Positions 1-64,000 of a stretch of DNA of 64,000 bases are shown here, in pieces. The stretch's first letter is position 1; each line of letters opens with the position of its first letter. Origin of the DNA: Gnetum montanum. Taxonomy: Eukaryota > Plantae > Gnetophyta. Location of the stretch: positions 1,728,739-1,792,738 of the forward strand of contig MNCI01003484.1 in the NCBI GenBank assembly GCA_015680685.1, given 5' to 3'. The notes under the pieces are model-generated. The model saw nothing but the letters and a program-made list of their open reading frames with translations. It had not been told where the DNA came from and searched no databases. Made by a program: the position numbers and the translations under genes.

Positions 1-966
1 CATAGTTTTTGACACCACTATAATTAGAATCTATTAAACCTTATCGGAATCTTTTAACCTTGAAACACTAAATATGTTGTTTCAAATCATTATATTTAGG
101 TATCATAAATTCCTCTTGGAAACGATGCATTTCATTGGAATTTTATCAAATCTGGAAGTTATTCAATCCAACTGTTATCTGAATTCTTAAAATAAATAAA
201 TAAAACCGAAATCAACTCTTCGAGACCCACATTGCATTAATATAAATTAAGATTTCAACTTACTCTTTAACTTACAATTAATTTTGGACTGAAGAATAAG
301 AATATCGAGGAGTTAATATTACATTACTATTAAAATTCAACTTCGTAGAACGACGAAATCTTAAGAGGACCTATTTTAGCATACAGCGTTCCTCCAAACT
401 AATAAAAAGTACAAAGCTAACAATATTGTACAATGCTTTGAATCGATTTCCTGAAATATTTTTCCTACCGCCCAATGATCTCTCTCTACCGCTAGCGATA
501 CTTGGATCTATGCACAAGTAATTGAACTTAGGTCAATTCAGTATAGTCGGAGAGTTTTATCATTCAAAGCGGATACCTTTGAAAATTGTGTACTAGTTGC
601 AGCATTTGGTACTTCGCAAAAAACTACAACGGCTAATGTTAGTTAATCAACTATTTAATTGTTTTTATAAAGTTATCAGTTTTCAAACATAATTTCTTTG
701 ATCCTGCTCATACTTGATCATTTGCGAAGTAAATGTATACGTTAATAATAAAAGTGTATATATCACAAAAATGAAAAAAGGAATAACCATAAAAAGGCCT
801 AATCTCATTCATAGCTCCTAAAACAAGAATCTCATACTAACACTAAACACAGATTATAATCTCAGTCATAGGCAATCATTTCTCAAAATAAGTAAACCCT
901 CAGGTACAAAATGGTAAAAGCACTATTAAAGAATAAATAGAATTTTAGATGGTGGCATTCCTATCA

Positions 967-60688
<59,722 letters not shown>

Positions 60689-60993
60689 CTTGCCTCTGCA
60701 ACTCTGAGATGGCCCTTGCTTTTACTTCGCTTCGCTGGCTAATGAAAAGGAAAGCCACAAGTACTTAAACCTGCCTCCAACCGCTCTGCAACTTATGCTG
60801 CTGCTCCGGGGAATGTTTAAATCCCGCTCATCTTCATTGATGTTTCGCGTCTCCGCATACTATCCTGAACTTCTTGCTACTTTTCAGCTGATTAGAAAAA
60901 TGTTTGCGTGTCCGCAGGAGGGTTTTAGCATTTAATGAGAATCATCTACTACGAGCGTAGATAACACAATGTATGACGTATAGAAAGGAACAC

Positions 60994-61001
60994 TTTCGCG
61001 G
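60994..61001. promoter_or_regulatory. Putative E2F site in the DDB1 upstream region
   Basis: TTTCGCGG fits TTTSSCGS about 300 bp upstream of the ATG; related TTTCGCGT at ~60843; TGACGT at ~60974. Confidence 0.35.
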
Positions 61002-61967
61002 CCTTTGATACTGACCCGTTCTGATTTCGAAAGAGAGGACAATGGGAAAAATGGTGAGACGCGAGCCTTATGTAACAAGAAGCCTTAAATCAAAGCAATT
61101 ACCGGAACAGGCAAAAAAGTACACAAACTAGCTCTTGCACGGACATGTACCATATGCGATATGTGCTTATGTTGCACGTCAGATTGACTCAACTTTGGGA
61201 GGGGGTGGCATATGAAACTATTTGGCATATGAAACTATTTAACTATGGCTACATAGTTATAGTGTGGGGGTGTCGGAAGCCCAACTAGATGAGGGATGTT
61301 AGAAGGCTATTGGACTCCAAAAATGGTAATGATAATAAGATAAAAAGCCCATGCTCTTAGGCTAGTCTAGTAATATAGCAAGTGCAGAGGAAGTATCAAG
61401 ACTAGATTTTAAACCCCATACTTTTGAGTACAAAGTTGTGCAAGCAAACCAACTAGCCAACGGCCCATGCTTAAACTATGACAATGTATTATCATCCACA
61501 AAAATACAAGAAATTGGTGGTACATAATTTGTATCACTATTACTTCGCCACTTTAATTTTAGCATCCATGAACATGGTGTGGTTGCTCCTTATAAAGCTC
61601 TTAAGAGTTAAGTTTTCTAAACATGAAATTGTGTGTTCGAATCCCTAATAGTTCAAAATTTGATAAAATGCTAATCCAAGGCATAACAGTAAAGTCGTTG
61701 ATAAATGATGAATCACAAAGTTAGGTTGCGTCAACAAGCATGCATCAACACATCCCCGTTGACGCATGTGTTGATGCATCGACGCAATGTTTGTCTTTGC
61801 CTATATAATTACTCGTACCCACCGTATTTATGGCACCATGGAGTCAATAGCATAACAAAGTTCTTGCAGTTTGTTTCAGTAAGAGTTAAATATTTTCTAA
61901 ATGCCCCCAATAGGACTTCAAGGATTGTAAATATCCATATTCAAGCACCAATGTACTTGAACACCTT

Positions 61968-64000
61968 TGATGAGACGCTATATCGCGTCGTTCCCTGTGA
62001 TATCGCGGTCCGCCGCCAAATCTATAAATAAGAGGCGGCACTCCCCTCATTTCTTATCCTAGGCGTAAAGTAGCGAAGCTCTGGCGAATTGATCACCCCA
62101 AAGATAGAATATTTTCCATATGCCCGCAGTAGAAGTCCCCCAAGTGAACGGTTCTTTATTCGAGCAGCTTTGTACCTGAACACAAGTTGTGTACGACAAT
62201 AAAGACGAGCTTTGTGGATAAACCTTGCAGTGCATGGATAGGTTTAATTAATGTTATTTATTGCTTTCCTAGTAATGCAGCATGAGTACGACTTGGTTAC
62301 GAGCGTTGACGAACGTGTACAGCTAGCCAAGGAATCGGCTACTCATCGCGATTAGATTCTCTCAACCCTTTCCTCCTAGNNNNNNNNNNNNNNNNNNNNN
62401 NNNNNNNNNNNNNNNNNNNNNNNNNNNNNNNNNNNNNNNNNNNNNNNNNNNNNNNNNNNNNNNNNNNNNNNNNNNNNNNNNNNNNNNNNNNNNNNNNNNN
62501 NNNNNNNNNNNNNNNNNNNNNNNNNNNNNNNNNNNNNNNNNNNNNNNNNNNNNNNNNNNNNNNNNNNNNNNNNNNNNNNNNNNNNNNNNNNNNNNNNNNN
62601 NNNNNNNNNNNNNNNNNNNNNNNNNNNNNNNNNNNNNNNNNNNNNNNNNNNNNNNNNNNNNNNNNNNNNNNNNNNNNNNNNNNNNNNNNNNNNNNNNNNN
62701 NNNNNNNNNNNNNNNNNNNNNNNNNNNNNNNNNNNNNNNNNNNNNNNNNNNNNNNNNNNNNNNNNNNNNNNNNNNNNNNNNNNNNNNNNNNNNNNNNNNN
62801 NNNNNNNNNNNNNNNNNNNNNNNNNNNNNNNNNNNNNNNNNNNNNNNNNNNNNNNNNNNNNNNNNNNNNNNNNNNNNNNNNNNNNNNNNNNNNNNNNNNN
62901 NNNNNNNNNNNNNNNNNNNNNNNNNNNNNNNNNNNNNNNNNNNNNNNNNNNNNNNNNNNNNNNNNNNNNNNNNNNNNNNNNNNNNNNNNNNNNNNNNNNN
63001 NNNNNNNNNNNNNNNNNNNNNNNNNNNNNACCCTTTCCTCCTAGAACGTGGGACAAGTACGACTTGATTACAAGCATCTACGGATGTGTACGGCTAGTCA
63101 AGAAATCGGTTGCTTGTCACACTTAGGTTAGTTAAGTGCCTCAGTACAACCGCTTCGAGCACGTGCGTTACGTGTGGTAATCCCAGTAACGATTAGCGTT
63201 TGGTAGCCATAATTGCACAGTTCAAGGTGTGTATAGCAAGTGGGACGGATGCTGACGCTAGGACTTAGTGTTGTAGTTAGAGTTAGTTTAGTTTCTCAAC
63301 CCTTCACCGTTTAGCATAGGAGATAAACCGAAAAATACCAANNNNNNNNNNNNNNNNNNNNNNNNNNNNNNNNNNNNNNNNNNNNNNNNNNNNNNNNNNN
63401 NNNNNNNNNNNNNNNNTATGGTTGAGTGTAGGGGTACCTCGCCACTCATCATTGGCGCCGTTGCCGGGGACTACGTGTTTTTATGCCAATTAGAACATAA
63501 GGGATATCACTCACATCGTTGTGAGCTTTAACGAACCTTCGGGTTAATCAGTTAATCAAGAACATAAATAACGGTAAACAACACACCATTAAGATGGCTT
63601 CTTCTCACGAAATCAACTCACCTAAGGACAACACAGAAGACAGTCAGCATCACACGCATAACTGAGACCAGCCATGTCCTAAACAATCTAAGGTCACATA
63701 TACTCATCCTGATGAGTATGTCCCTGACTTTACTTTTGTTCTCCACCAAGACGAACAACTCCGATGGAGAGATCTACAAGGTAACATCGTGTTACCCCCG
63801 GATAGATCTGTCCTTAACATGCTTTTCTGTGCCTTAGCACAGATTGGCATGCAAGAGCTATTTGCTGAATACGTTGCGGAAGATTATGACATGAGGGATT
63901 ATCATCCCACAAATGCCCAACGTATTTGGAACGAAAGGCAGGAGAGCCAACATTCATTGTTGAAGGGCAAGGTCCCTCATGTCCTTAGTGAAATAGGAGA
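61968..64000 (+). mobile_element. Gypsy/Athila-type LTR retrotransposon: 5' LTR 61968-63451, PBS and start of the internal region
   Basis: TGATGAG...CTCATCA termini; PBS TGGCGCCGTTGCCGGGGA (63453-63470) is complementary to the plant tRNA-Asp 3' end, typical of Athila. Confidence 0.88.

Noticed and set aside
62365-63044. accctttcctcctag on both sides of the gap as a TSD
   Set aside because: It abuts the N run on both sides and is more likely contig overlap or a collapsed tandem repeat.

Overview
Plant nuclear DNA, probably from a large-genome lineage with very long introns. Almost the whole window is one intact minus-strand gene, DDB1 (UV-damaged DNA-binding protein 1, the CUL4 adaptor). I mapped 19 exons from the ATG at 60688 to the TGA at 967; all introns are GT-AG with consistent phases, and the 3267-nt CDS encodes 1088 aa over 59.7 kb. 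Intron 16 (27.7 kb) and intron 13 (16.9 kb) are packed with transposons: a 23.7-kb nested Copia-like element, several solo LTRs with 5-bp TSDs, two near-full-length L1-type LINEs with poly(A) and TSDs, and two large foldback elements. An Athila-type LTR lies about 1.3 kb upstream of the start codon. The most unusual observations are: (1) LINE ORF2 continues in frame past zf-RVT into a domain resembling LTR-retrotransposon accessory (Transposase_32/Athila-like) proteins plus a coiled coil, and a related tail occurs in the second LINE; (2) a 3.75-kb foldback whose two arms each carry an intronless NIF/SCP phosphatase pseudogene; (3) a 4.8-kb palindrome with mirrored unknown ORFs; (4) DDB1 substitutions at the presumed CUL4-contact motifs; (5) a tandem duplicate of the exon-18 tail with its splice donor. 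Domain assignments are by eye, not from database searches.
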